Under the pieces are notes generated by a model. It was not told where the DNA came from. It searched no databases and saw only the letters and a program-made list of their open reading frames with translations. 64,000 bases of DNA. Origin: Candidatus Latescibacterota bacterium (GTDB taxonomy: Bacteria > Latescibacterota > UBA2968 > GCA-2709665). How positions within the stretch are numbered: position 1 is the stretch's first letter; every line of letters starts with the position of its first letter. A program made the translations under genes and the position numbers. Shown here piece by piece: positions 53,135-62,683 of this stretch. The stretch lies in assembly GCA_965203805.1 (NCBI GenBank), contig OZ241917.1:1888001-1952000 (forward strand), read 5' to 3'.

Positions 53135-53260
53135 AATGGTTTTGGAACCCGTGCGCAGTCCGTTAGATCCGCCTCTGGAACGACCGGATCCCGACTGGAG
53201 TTCCAGGATTCCGTAACCAAGCTGCGTCTTCGGAATCCTAATTAGCCGACATATGCATGT

Positions 53261-54292
53261 TCAGGACACCCACTTCAGCAGGCGAAGCACGCCCTGTTTC
53301 ACGGGGTCCCGATGGATGGACCTCGCGCGCGCCCGGCCTGCCTCAGATCCATGCTCGACAAACCAGTCGTAAGCCTGGATCATCGTCTCCACGTTGCCGT
53401 ACCGGGGTCGCCAGCTAAGGTGTTTCATGGGCTCTGAGAGGTCGAAATAGAATGGCTTGTGGTAGGTCAGGTAGTGCCAGGGAGCGAGCGGGCAGATTTT
53501 CAGAACATCGAGGACCTTCAAGGCAGACACGGTCACGCCGACCGGCAGCCCCACGATTCCTGTCCTGCTGCCGGCATGCCTGACGGTTGCGGCCAGGTCT
53601 TCGCGCAGTGTCGAGTACCTCTCTGCGCCGATATTGAATACGCCCTGCGTCTCCCTCTCCGCGCCCAGCAACGCGGCCGTCACCAGGTCGTCGACATGAA
53701 TGAACTGGAACGGATTGTCGCCCTTGCCGACGACGTAGATGTTCCGGTTGTCGCGAATCCATTCGAACAGGATCTGAAAAATGCCCAGCCTGCCAGGTCC
53801 GAGGATGGTCCGCGGGCGAAGAACCAGGCTGGGCAACCCCTTGCGTCCGGCAGCCTGAACCTCCTGCTCCGCCGCAAGCTTCGCACGGCCGTAGGCCTCG
53901 ACCGGCGCGGGCGGCGTCTCACCGGTAATCGGACACGCGTCGGGGATGCCGAATACCGCCGAGGACGACATATGAATGAACAGCCGGACACCGGCGTCGA
54001 GCGCGGCATTTGCGGCAATCCTCGTACCCTCGACGTTGACGTCCCGGAACTCCGGGCCGGCCTTCGCCAGAGGCACCAGGGCGGCGTTGTGGTGCACAAA
54101 GCGCACTCCCTTCATCGCTCCCTGCACGTGCCGTCGATCGCGAATGTCGCACGCCACAAACTCAGTGCCGGGCGGACGGTCCGGAGAATCGACGACATCC
54201 AGAACCCTTACGCTCTCACCCTCGGCGCGAAGCCGGCGGACGATGTGGCTTCCCAGAAAGCCCGAGCCACCCGTTACCAGATGCATTGCCAT
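53261..54292 (-). CDS. NAD-dependent epimerase/dehydratase (3-beta-HSD-like extended SDR)
   Basis: TGGSGFLG, HNAA, SSSAVFG, YGRAK. Confidence 0.9.
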   Translation of the reverse strand: MAMHLVTGGSGFLGSHIVRRLRAEGESVRVLDVVDSPDRPPGTEFVACDIRDRRHVQGAMKGVRFVHHNAALVPLAKAGPEFRDVNVEGTRIAANAALDAGVRLFIHMSSSAVFGIPDACPITGETPPAPVEAYGRAKLAAEQEVQAAGRKGLPSLVLRPRTILGPGRLGIFQILFEWIRDNRNIYVVGKGDNPFQFIHVDDLVTAALLGAERETQGVFNIGAERYSTLREDLAATVRHAGSRTGIVGLPVGVTVSALKVLDVLKICPLAPWHYLTYHKPFYFDLSEPMKHLSWRPRYGNVETMIQAYDWFVEHGSEAGRARARSIHRDPVKQGVLRLLKWVS

Positions 54293-54879
54293 ACGGAAGA
54301 CCTGCCCTCACCGACGCCGCGAACGACCTCCCGCGCCAGTGCGAGAATCTCATAGACCATGTGCAAGGGCCTGACCCGATAGTACCAGAGGCGGTCGACA
54401 ATGCGTTCGTTGGAGAAGGCTCTGCAGGGAACCCGGTGGACCCGAGCGATTCTGAAGCCCGACCTGGCGAAACAGTAACGCGCCCTGTACGAATGGATAT
54501 CGGCGCATATCAGGTCGACAGGGCCCGGAGGCCATCGCCTGCGATCGAGAAGGTACCTGCGAAGCAGCAGCGCATTGCCGAACGTATCGACATAGCCGGA
54601 CGACGCATAGACGGGACAGTGAATCTGCAGGCAATCCGACCTGGCGTTCAGATAGTCCCGTGCGGCCTCCTGCTCGTGGACGGCGCCGCCGAACCGGTTC
54701 GCCGGCGCCAGATAAACGACGGAGTCCGTCGCTGCAATCGTCGCGACGTAGTCCAGCACCTGGCGAAAGACAAAACTTGGCTCGGAAAGGGTCCTTCCCA
54801 GGGCGTCTTTGGCCAGTCCTTCCGGCACGACAACCAGAGGCCTTCCCGTCAAGGCAGGAATCCCCGGTCGATACACCAT
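54274..54879 (-). CDS. Hypothetical YdcF/DUF218-like protein
   Basis: DTFGNA, HSYRARYCF, YEILAL; overlaps both neighbours as in an operon. Confidence 0.5.
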   Translation of the reverse strand: MVYRPGIPALTGRPLVVVPEGLAKDALGRTLSEPSFVFRQVLDYVATIAATDSVVYLAPANRFGGAVHEQEAARDYLNARSDCLQIHCPVYASSGYVDTFGNALLLRRYLLDRRRWPPGPVDLICADIHSYRARYCFARSGFRIARVHRVPCRAFSNERIVDRLWYYRVRPLHMVYEILALAREVVRGVGEGRSSVWQCIW

Positions 54880-55892
54880 TTGATGGACCGTCGCATGCCC
54901 TCCTCCAGGCCGATCCGCGGACAATAACCGAGTTCCCGTTCGGCTTTTTCGATCGAACATGCAATCGTCTTGTTCATCTCCGACAGGACGTGCACCTCCT
55001 GCCAGTAAAATCCGGCGCGTTGTATGATCCAGTCGCAGGCAACGGCAAACTCACTGGCGATGGCGGGCAACCTCATCCGCCTGTGCGCCACGGGCAGGTT
55101 GAATTCATGCGCCAGGAGGTTTTCAATCGTGTCAACCGTCTGGTTCATCGTGTAGGGCGTCCGGTCGGCAATCCAGTAGGTCTGACCGTTTGCTTCATCG
55201 ATCCGGCCGGCGAGCAGAATGGCCTGGCAGAGATTATCTATATAGGTCATCGAACGCCGGTTCTCTCCCCCGCCGACGACGGGTACGCGCCCGTCCTGGA
55301 TCATCTTGAAGAACCGCGTCTGCCGCGGCGGCTGGCCCGGGCCGTAAAACCAGCAGGGTCGGAGAATCGTGGTTTCGATCCCGCCCGACTCATGCGCCGC
55401 ATTGACGAAATCCTCCGCCAGCTTCTTCGACTTGCCATAGTTCATGTATGGTCGATTCGGCGAATTCTCGTCGAACAGGCGATCGTTGTCGGTGTGATGA
55501 CCCGCCGGACTGTTGGATGAGATCATCACCAACCGCTTCACGCCATGCGCCAAGGCACAGTTGACGACGTTGCGTGCGCCGCCCGTGTTCACGTCGTAAA
55601 ATTCCCTGGCCCGCCTGGGATGAATGACACCGATGAGGTGAAAAAGTGTGGCGTCTTCGCATTCGGAAAAAAACGGCTCGAGGGAGGACGGGTCGCGCAC
55701 GTCACCTTCAACCACGCCGACCCTCGGGGAAAACCCGCGAAGTTCGTCCGAGTTCACGCCGTTCAATACCAGGCAGCGGATGCGGCGATCGGTATACGGT
55801 TCCGTGAGCGACGGCATGCACGGCAGTCCATTGACGATCGCATCGACCAGACGCGTGCCCAGCCATCCGGGCGCACCGGTAATCAGGATCAT
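54849..55892 (-). CDS. NAD-dependent epimerase/dehydratase
   Basis: TGAPGWLG, YGKSKKLAE, LRPCWFYGPG. Confidence 0.9.
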   Translation of the reverse strand: MILITGAPGWLGTRLVDAIVNGLPCMPSLTEPYTDRRIRCLVLNGVNSDELRGFSPRVGVVEGDVRDPSSLEPFFSECEDATLFHLIGVIHPRRAREFYDVNTGGARNVVNCALAHGVKRLVMISSNSPAGHHTDNDRLFDENSPNRPYMNYGKSKKLAEDFVNAAHESGGIETTILRPCWFYGPGQPPRQTRFFKMIQDGRVPVVGGGENRRSMTYIDNLCQAILLAGRIDEANGQTYWIADRTPYTMNQTVDTIENLLAHEFNLPVAHRRMRLPAIASEFAVACDWIIQRAGFYWQEVHVLSEMNKTIACSIEKAERELGYCPRIGLEEGMRRSIKWCIDRGFLP

Positions 55893-55958
55893 GCGCGAGA
55901 CTTCCTTCCGTCCTTCACGTCCGGACTGCCCGGTTTCCCGGTCGGGCAGCAGGAGGCG

Positions 55959-56375
55959 TCAATCCACACGGGCACCCACCCACTCGCTCCTGTTGCAGGT
56001 GATGTCCACGACGTTTCCATCGGGATCCAGCACCTTGAACGAGACCGGCGGACGCACGTCAGGATCGACCTGGTTGCGCTCCTTCACGTTTTCTCTCACG
56101 ACTTCCGCACCCCACGCCAGAATGCGTTCCCAGGTCGCGTCCAGGTCTTCCACGACCACGCCGAAATGGATATATTCGTCTCCTTCCCGGAGCATCGGTC
56201 GATTCGAGCCCTCCGGCTGCTGGATCAACGTGATGTTATTCGTTCCGTCGCTCATATCCAGCGCATCGCCGTGGGCGCGGCGCGCGACAAAATGCCAGCC
56301 GATCACTTCCTCGTAAAACCGCCTGGACTGTTCCATATCGGCGCAACGGAGCGCCAGGTGTCTCAACAGACCCAT
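55959..56375 (-). CDS. VOC/glyoxalase family protein
   Basis: LRHLAL..S.RFYE, HFGVVVEDL, DPDGNVVDI. Confidence 0.88.
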   Translation of the reverse strand: MGLLRHLALRCADMEQSRRFYEEVIGWHFVARRAHGDALDMSDGTNNITLIQQPEGSNRPMLREGDEYIHFGVVVEDLDATWERILAWGAEVVRENVKERNQVDPDVRPPVSFKVLDPDGNVVDITCNRSEWVGARVD

Positions 56376-56453
56376 GGGTTCCCCCTATTGGCACTTCCTC
56401 GGACAGAAAATCCAACGTCTCCACGGATGAAAGACTCTAAATTGCCTGGCACC

Positions 56454-57434
56454 CTAAAGAACACCCGCTGCCCTGAGAACGGTTTCCTGCACGATCAACT
56501 CATGGTCCAGTGACCGGACCGGCGGTTTCCGGCCCCTGATCTCGGCAACCATCGAGCGCAAGCTTCTCACGTATCTCGGTTCGTTCGCCACGGGTACCGT
56601 CTGCCATCCCTCGCTGAAGCCGTCGCGGGCACCGTCCAGACAGAGGCGGACCTCGGGGTCGGGCTCGAGCGGCTCCATGACGATGCTCCCGCGTGTGCCG
56701 TATACCTCGAATCGGCGCGACGGAAACGCGGACACTTCCAATGAGGTCGACTCGACGATCGCCATCGCGTTTTCATATTCGAAGACCGCCGCGGTATTGT
56801 CCCTGAAAGCGGGCACGATCCCTCGCTCGTTCCTGAGAAACGACGTGACCCTGTCGGGCCGCCCCAGCACCGCCACGACGATATCCATGAGATGGCACAG
56901 CAACTCGAACAGAATGCCCCCTTTATGTACGGCCAGCGCCTCACGTCGATCGTCGGCAACCAGCGTCGACATCCGCCCCCTTACAGAGAACACGTCCCCG
57001 AGCCGGCCTGATTTCACGCAGTCCAGGACGAACTGAAACCCGGCGTTGTACCGGAACATATACCCCAGCTGCAGCAGCAGTCCCTTTTTTCGGGCCAGGG
57101 CGACCAGCGCCCGGAACGCCTCCCAGTCGTCTCCCGCGGGCTTATCCAGCCAGACATGCTTGCCGTGCTCCAGCGCCTCCCGGGCGAATCCCAGATTTTG
57201 TGCGATCGCCCCTTCAACCGCAATCGCCGCAATCGAGTCGTCTTCGAGCATCTCCTCGCGAGCGGCGTACCAGTTGACACCGCTGTACGCCTCCTGCACG
57301 CCTCTCGAGGCCTTCACGGACGGGTCCGGCTCATAGACGCCGCAGAAATGTACGTCCGGATCCGCCTTCAGTACCGCTGCTTTGCCCGCGGCGTGCGAAT
57401 GCTGAATTCCGTATTGCGCAAACCTGATTTTCAT
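56454..57434 (-). CDS. Gfo/Idh/MocA oxidoreductase
   Basis: GKHVWLDKP, LGYMFRY, GRLGDV, FEVYGTRG. Confidence 0.88.
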   Translation of the reverse strand: MKIRFAQYGIQHSHAAGKAAVLKADPDVHFCGVYEPDPSVKASRGVQEAYSGVNWYAAREEMLEDDSIAAIAVEGAIAQNLGFAREALEHGKHVWLDKPAGDDWEAFRALVALARKKGLLLQLGYMFRYNAGFQFVLDCVKSGRLGDVFSVRGRMSTLVADDRREALAVHKGGILFELLCHLMDIVVAVLGRPDRVTSFLRNERGIVPAFRDNTAAVFEYENAMAIVESTSLEVSAFPSRRFEVYGTRGSIVMEPLEPDPEVRLCLDGARDGFSEGWQTVPVANEPRYVRSLRSMVAEIRGRKPPVRSLDHELIVQETVLRAAGVL

Positions 57435-57509
57435 GGTTCCCCCTGCCCAGTCATATCGACCCGATTTCCGAACTGCTCCGCACAGCTTGCTCCGGGAGCA
57501 CCGGGACAT

Positions 57510-58550
57510 TCAGCGTGTTTGATCCCGGCGGCGCGCCTCGCCGCCCTCACCGAATCCCGGCGGAACGGCAGCCTCCCCGAACGGCGTCTCTACGCCCAGT
57601 TCCATCGCAACCCTCGCCAGATCCCGCTGGTGATCCGGACCGATTGGAATCCCCTCCACGGCCCAGCTGTGCTCCCGTTCCCATTCCAGCGCCCCCGGAA
57701 GCAACGCGCGGTCCTCGCCGGGAAACGGCAGGAGTGCTCGCACGGCAGCCACAAAGTCATCCATCTGCCGTTGAAACGTCTCCCTCGGCGCAAAGCCGGA
57801 AATATCCACTGCCAGGATGAACGACCCCTGGTTCACGGCCGGCCATTCCGCGCCCTGCTCGTCAAACGTCTGAATTCCCGCAAGCAGGCCTCCCAGTGCG
57901 TGACAGACCGCACCCAGACCGAGACTCTTGAAGAACGACGAAGGCATGCGTTGAAATACCGTTTCGAAGTCCGCGTTTCCGCCCAGCGCGACACCGGTTG
58001 ACATATCCAGCACGATCGGATGCTCCCCGCCCGATGGAATCGCAAAACTCATCGGCGAGGCGCCATTGGCCGACATGATTCCCTGTCCGGACGAGAAGCG
58101 CCGGACGTGCGACGACACGACAAACCCGGCCATTCCGGCGCCTGAAATGACCCGGGAATACTTGCCCGCGGCGCCAAAGTGGAAATGGTTGCGCGTGACG
58201 ACTGCCGCCAGTCCGGCGGCTCGAGCCTTTTCCACCGCGAGGTGGGCCGCCCGCCAGGAAGCAAAATGCCCCAGCCCGCCGTCGCCGTCGATCGTGCCCG
58301 TCGCCGGGGCCTGGCACACGACGGACACATCCGGGTTCGGATTCAGATCTCCGTCGCGCAGGAGAGGCAGGTAGCGCGCCGACTGCCGCGTCCCGTGGCT
58401 GAACACGCCGCGAATATCCGTACCCACAAGAAGCTCCGCGATCAGCCGCGCCCGGTCCACGGACATATCCACCCGTCGATACATCTCGAAAACAAACTCG
58501 CGCATGCGCTCCGGCATCACCCTCACGAATTCCACGGGAACGACGTTCAC
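57510..58550 (-). CDS. Ldh_2-family (malate/L-lactate/L-sulfolactate type) oxidoreductase
   Basis: DIRGVFSHG, IDGDGGLG, NHFHFGAAG, VLDMST, LPGALE. Confidence 0.85.
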   Translation of the reverse strand: MNVVPVEFVRVMPERMREFVFEMYRRVDMSVDRARLIAELLVGTDIRGVFSHGTRQSARYLPLLRDGDLNPNPDVSVVCQAPATGTIDGDGGLGHFASWRAAHLAVEKARAAGLAAVVTRNHFHFGAAGKYSRVISGAGMAGFVVSSHVRRFSSGQGIMSANGASPMSFAIPSGGEHPIVLDMSTGVALGGNADFETVFQRMPSSFFKSLGLGAVCHALGGLLAGIQTFDEQGAEWPAVNQGSFILAVDISGFAPRETFQRQMDDFVAAVRALLPFPGEDRALLPGALEWEREHSWAVEGIPIGPDHQRDLARVAMELGVETPFGEAAVPPGFGEGGEARRRDQTR

Positions 58551-58575
58551 GCCATATCCCTCCTGGGGCCCGAGT

Positions 58576-59262
58576 CTACATGATCCCGAACCGGTCCCAC
58601 GCTTCTCTTGCGGACATTCCGCCTTCAATCGCCTCCCTGACCCGGTTCTCTCCCCTCACCTTGTCCAGCGCCCGGTGGATGGCGTCGGGTGCGGAATCGG
58701 ACGGGACGATCACCACGCCGTCCAGGTCGCCGAACACGATATCGCCCGGCGAGACCGCGGCGCCGTTTGAAAACGTGAGCGTACAGCGGAAGTCGACCAC
58801 GCGCCCCCGCACCCGCTGGTCCTGCGCGTACCGACCGGCGCAGAACGTCGGAAATTCCAATTCAAGTATGCCACGGGTATCGCGGCTGAATCCGTCCAGA
58901 ACGGCGCCCGCCGCGCCCAGCTTCAACGCCCTGGTACTCAACAGTTCGCCCCAGAGCGCGTAGGTGGGCGATGCCCCGGTACAGATATAGACGTCGTTCT
59001 CGGCCAGATCGTCGACCGCTTCGAACATCAGGCCGAACGCCCGGTTTCCGTCCGCGGAACGGTCGTCCGGTTCCGCATAATCGGCCTCAAGGACCGGCAT
59101 CGCCCTGCCCGCAACGACCATATCGTCGCGCAGCGGCTGAATCTCCGGCGGCAAGAACTGCCTGACCAGGCCCACCTTGTCCATCACGTCACCGACCACG
59201 GCGGTGAACAGTTCCCGCTTCATCAACTCGAAAAGACCCGCATCGTCGCGCCATTCAGCCAT
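58576..59262 (-). CDS. RraA/HMG-aldolase family protein
   Basis: AVVGDVMD, ALWGELL, VLDGFSRD, PGDIVFGDLDGVV. Confidence 0.88.
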   Translation of the reverse strand: MAEWRDDAGLFELMKRELFTAVVGDVMDKVGLVRQFLPPEIQPLRDDMVVAGRAMPVLEADYAEPDDRSADGNRAFGLMFEAVDDLAENDVYICTGASPTYALWGELLSTRALKLGAAGAVLDGFSRDTRGILELEFPTFCAGRYAQDQRVRGRVVDFRCTLTFSNGAAVSPGDIVFGDLDGVVIVPSDSAPDAIHRALDKVRGENRVREAIEGGMSAREAWDRFGIM

Positions 59263-59354
59263 AACGTCGTTCTCCGGGACTCCCCGGCTGCCCAGTCAGG
59301 ACCGCGCGTGGAAACCACATCCGGAATCGCACCGGGAATTCCGGAGTCAACTGC

Positions 59355-62324
59355 TTACCATTGGGCTTCGATTGTCCGCACGACCCGAAATCGGGCACCC
59401 GCCTCGAAATCGGTAACGAACCCCTTCGAATAGTCCAGTTCGTCCACCATTCCCCGCACGAAATCCACGTCTCCCACGTCGATCAGCGTTCGACCGCCCA
59501 CCCCGCGGACGTCGTGAATTCGATAGGTCGCATCGCGTTCATTCTCGTTCTCAACGGAAATGAACCCGCCCCGGAGGCCATCCGCGGGCGGCTCCGAGGA
59601 AGTCCAGATCCCGCCCGGTTCGTACGCTTCCACCGTGCCCCGCCATACGCCCTGCGACGCATGGATGGACCGGTCCCGGGTTCCGAGAACACTGCCCCCC
59701 ACCAGCGTACCCCACCGGGCAGTACCGTTCACCTCCGAATATACGCCCAGACTCCCGTCGAAGGTGATGCGGCCGTCCACCTCGATACAGGAAACGCCGT
59801 CGCCGAAAACCAGCGTATCCACCCGACCGCCCGGCAGTCGAACCTTCAGCGACCTCGCCGGACCGGATACCGCAATCTCCTCCACGGAACGGACGACGCG
59901 ATCGCCTTCGTAGGCTTCGACCAGGCTGAGAAACGAGGACTCAAGCCCGTCGCCCCCTTCGTGCGAGGCAACCCCGTACGTCAGTAGCCGCGGGTTTCCG
60001 GGTTTGTTCTGCGGCGGGTCCCCGTGGCACAGCGCTATTTCTCCCGGCGGATCGAACAGACTCCACCGCAGATGCACGTCGGTCATCAGCGGCTTCCCGG
60101 CGGCACGGGAACGAGGTCTCACCATCCAGGTATCCTTCACGCGCCAGTCTACCGAAACGACCCGCTCCGGCGCGGTGCAGCGCCGCACGTCGTACAGATA
60201 TTGAAAGCCGCTTCCTCTGTACCCGTTCAGGTCCACGACGGACCCGTCGTAAAACTCTCCGAATCCGACGTCCTCTCCGGCGTACGTCCCGCGAGTCTGC
60301 GCATCCAGGCGCATCCCCGACGTCTGTACGCCGCCTTCCGCCGCGTGAAACATGAAATGATGGGAACGCCCGCCGGACACACGGAAGAGATCCACGACAT
60401 AGAAGTCCCTGTCCGATATCCGTACCAGAACGCTGCACCTGCCGTAGGCCGGGCACTGCGGATAAACGTCGGTAGAGGATACCGAAATCGCCTTGACGTG
60501 CTCCGCAAATCCCGCGAAGTCGACCTTTCCCGAATAGGTACCTTTCTGCGGACTTCGATCCACCAGTACCGTATTGTGCGAGACCGTATGGTTCGTCCAG
60601 CCCGACCGTTTGGGCCAGACACGCGCGTGCTCGGGATATCCAAGGTCCGGCAGCAGATCCAGCCCGAAGCCATAGAGACCCAGATTGAGGCGGTCCGCGT
60701 GTCCGTGGCCCTTGTTGCGTCCGTAATACAACCACAGCGTCCGTTCGAACGCTCCCTGACCGTCGCGCAGCAAGGCCAGACCGTACCCGGTCAACACGTC
60801 GGAGGTCAGCCGGAGCGGACCGTGTCTGTCCACCGCCTCGGCGACCCGGGTCCGTATCGCCTCCGGATCCGGGTCCGTAATCGCGCCGTGCACCTTCGAC
60901 AGATCACCACCGGCCAGGTGATCGACCGCCTGTGCCAGCTCGGGGTCTCCGAAGATTTCAAATCCGCACAGGCATTGCTCCAGGTCCACGCCACCCAGTC
61001 CCGGGCTTCCCGTACTGCCGCTGTCCCCAATGGACGGGACGTAGCGATTCAACGCCGTTACCCGCATAAATGCCAGGTACATCTGGCGGTAGCGGGCAAA
61101 GTCGCGGATTGCGTGGCGTGTATATGACGGTCGTGACCGGAGGATCGTCTCCAGGGACCGCATTCCCAGTGGCCACCTCAGCCAGCCCAGGCTGTATCCC
61201 GGCGCGCCCTCCGATCCAACGCCATCCCGGTCGATCTCCCGTGCGAAGAGCAGGGGTATGTGACCCCCCGTGGGCTGACGGCCGATCAGAAATCCCTCTT
61301 GAAAGATCCAATCCAACAGGTCATCCGTGCGGTCGTCGTCCAGGGTGACGGCCAGAAGCGCCATGGTCGCCTGATCGCCGGGCTCGTTGTGGTGGATATC
61401 GCCTTTGAGAATGGCGTCGACACCTTCGCGCAGGATGTGGCTTTCGATATGCGCGCACAACGCATCAGCGGTATCCTGTTCGACGAGACCGTGCCGCGAC
61501 TGCTTTGTCCGAAGAAATCGAAACAGCTCGTCTTCGTCTTTCCAGGCCGTACGAGCCAGATCGAAACATTCGGCAAACGCCTTCAGCAGGCCGGGCTCCC
61601 AGATCCTCCCGTAGATGCGACCCCTGCCGCTGAGTCCGTCGGAATTGAAAAACCCCTGCCGCGCCCAGAACGACCAGTCCATTTCGGGGTAAACGTCTGC
61701 GATGCGTGCAAGAAGAACCCCCGACTTGTGGGCGTAAATACCGTCTCCCGTCAGGAGAAACGCTTCGCGTAACGCGCTGCAGGCGGAGCTGACCTCAGTC
61801 CAGATTCCATAGTGAGCGTAGACCCCGATCAGTTTGAACGACTCTCCGGTCTCGTCGGTCCACCCCGTCCCGTCGTCCACCGCGAACATGTGCTTCGCAT
61901 CCCGCGGGTCCGGATGGTCGACATTGAAGAGCAACGTCCTGTCCGCACGTCCGGGGTCGAATACCCCGTTTACCGCGATTCCGCTTCGGTAGAATGCCTC
62001 GAAATCGTTCGCCGGAAAGCGGCCGCTGCAGGAGGGACATCTGATCTTCCATGGATCGGCCAGCACATCGACCTCGAATCGTCCGCCATGCCGATAGATT
62101 CCCTGACCGCATTCCGGACACCCCTTTTCGACGCTCGCATTCGTGCTCCGACCGATCGTCTGGCCCGTCACCATCCCCCAGAGCCGGTCGTCGTTGAGTC
62201 GGACCCATCTCTTCGCCTTCTCAACCGCGGCATCCCGCCGGACGGCCGCCCATTCGTACCGCGTCACGTTTCGCCGGGCGTTTTCAACCTGCTCCGGCGT
62301 CACCAGTTTCCCGCCGCTCCCCAA
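59355..62324 (-). CDS. Heparinase II/III-like polysaccharide lyase (start uncertain)
   Basis: EGAPGY, GHGHADRLNL, LPDLGYP, HTVSHNTVLVD. AAGGAGG precedes TTG at 62324. Confidence 0.8.
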   Translation of the reverse strand: MGSGGKLVTPEQVENARRNVTRYEWAAVRRDAAVEKAKRWVRLNDDRLWGMVTGQTIGRSTNASVEKGCPECGQGIYRHGGRFEVDVLADPWKIRCPSCSGRFPANDFEAFYRSGIAVNGVFDPGRADRTLLFNVDHPDPRDAKHMFAVDDGTGWTDETGESFKLIGVYAHYGIWTEVSSACSALREAFLLTGDGIYAHKSGVLLARIADVYPEMDWSFWARQGFFNSDGLSGRGRIYGRIWEPGLLKAFAECFDLARTAWKDEDELFRFLRTKQSRHGLVEQDTADALCAHIESHILREGVDAILKGDIHHNEPGDQATMALLAVTLDDDRTDDLLDWIFQEGFLIGRQPTGGHIPLLFAREIDRDGVGSEGAPGYSLGWLRWPLGMRSLETILRSRPSYTRHAIRDFARYRQMYLAFMRVTALNRYVPSIGDSGSTGSPGLGGVDLEQCLCGFEIFGDPELAQAVDHLAGGDLSKVHGAITDPDPEAIRTRVAEAVDRHGPLRLTSDVLTGYGLALLRDGQGAFERTLWLYYGRNKGHGHADRLNLGLYGFGLDLLPDLGYPEHARVWPKRSGWTNHTVSHNTVLVDRSPQKGTYSGKVDFAGFAEHVKAISVSSTDVYPQCPAYGRCSVLVRISDRDFYVVDLFRVSGGRSHHFMFHAAEGGVQTSGMRLDAQTRGTYAGEDVGFGEFYDGSVVDLNGYRGSGFQYLYDVRRCTAPERVVSVDWRVKDTWMVRPRSRAAGKPLMTDVHLRWSLFDPPGEIALCHGDPPQNKPGNPRLLTYGVASHEGGDGLESSFLSLVEAYEGDRVVRSVEEIAVSGPARSLKVRLPGGRVDTLVFGDGVSCIEVDGRITFDGSLGVYSEVNGTARWGTLVGGSVLGTRDRSIHASQGVWRGTVEAYEPGGIWTSSEPPADGLRGGFISVENENERDATYRIHDVRGVGGRTLIDVGDVDFVRGMVDELDYSKGFVTDFEAGARFRVVRTIEAQW

Positions 62325-62683
62325 GCAAACCTCCTTGCTGTGCATCGGACCGCACCGCTGTGGAGAATGGGTCAAGATACGCGCCACCGGCCCGATGATC
62401 AACGGTTTTGTGACCGCATGTATCCTGACAGCCCATGTCCCTCCTGATAGGGGTTGACTTGCGGTTCCGGCCCAGCTATCATACCGCCCGGCGGCCCCCA
62501 CCAGTCCGTTGGAAAAGTCGCTCTGCAGGCGAGGCCGAGTCATTGTGGCCGAAGACAAGGCGCGCGACCGACGCGAATCCCTGGATTCGGGGAGGGAGCG
62601 CAACGCTGTATTTCGGTCACAAGGGCCGGACGCAGCCCGGATGGACTTTATCAACGGGCTGCTACGCCACGGAGGAGCATTCC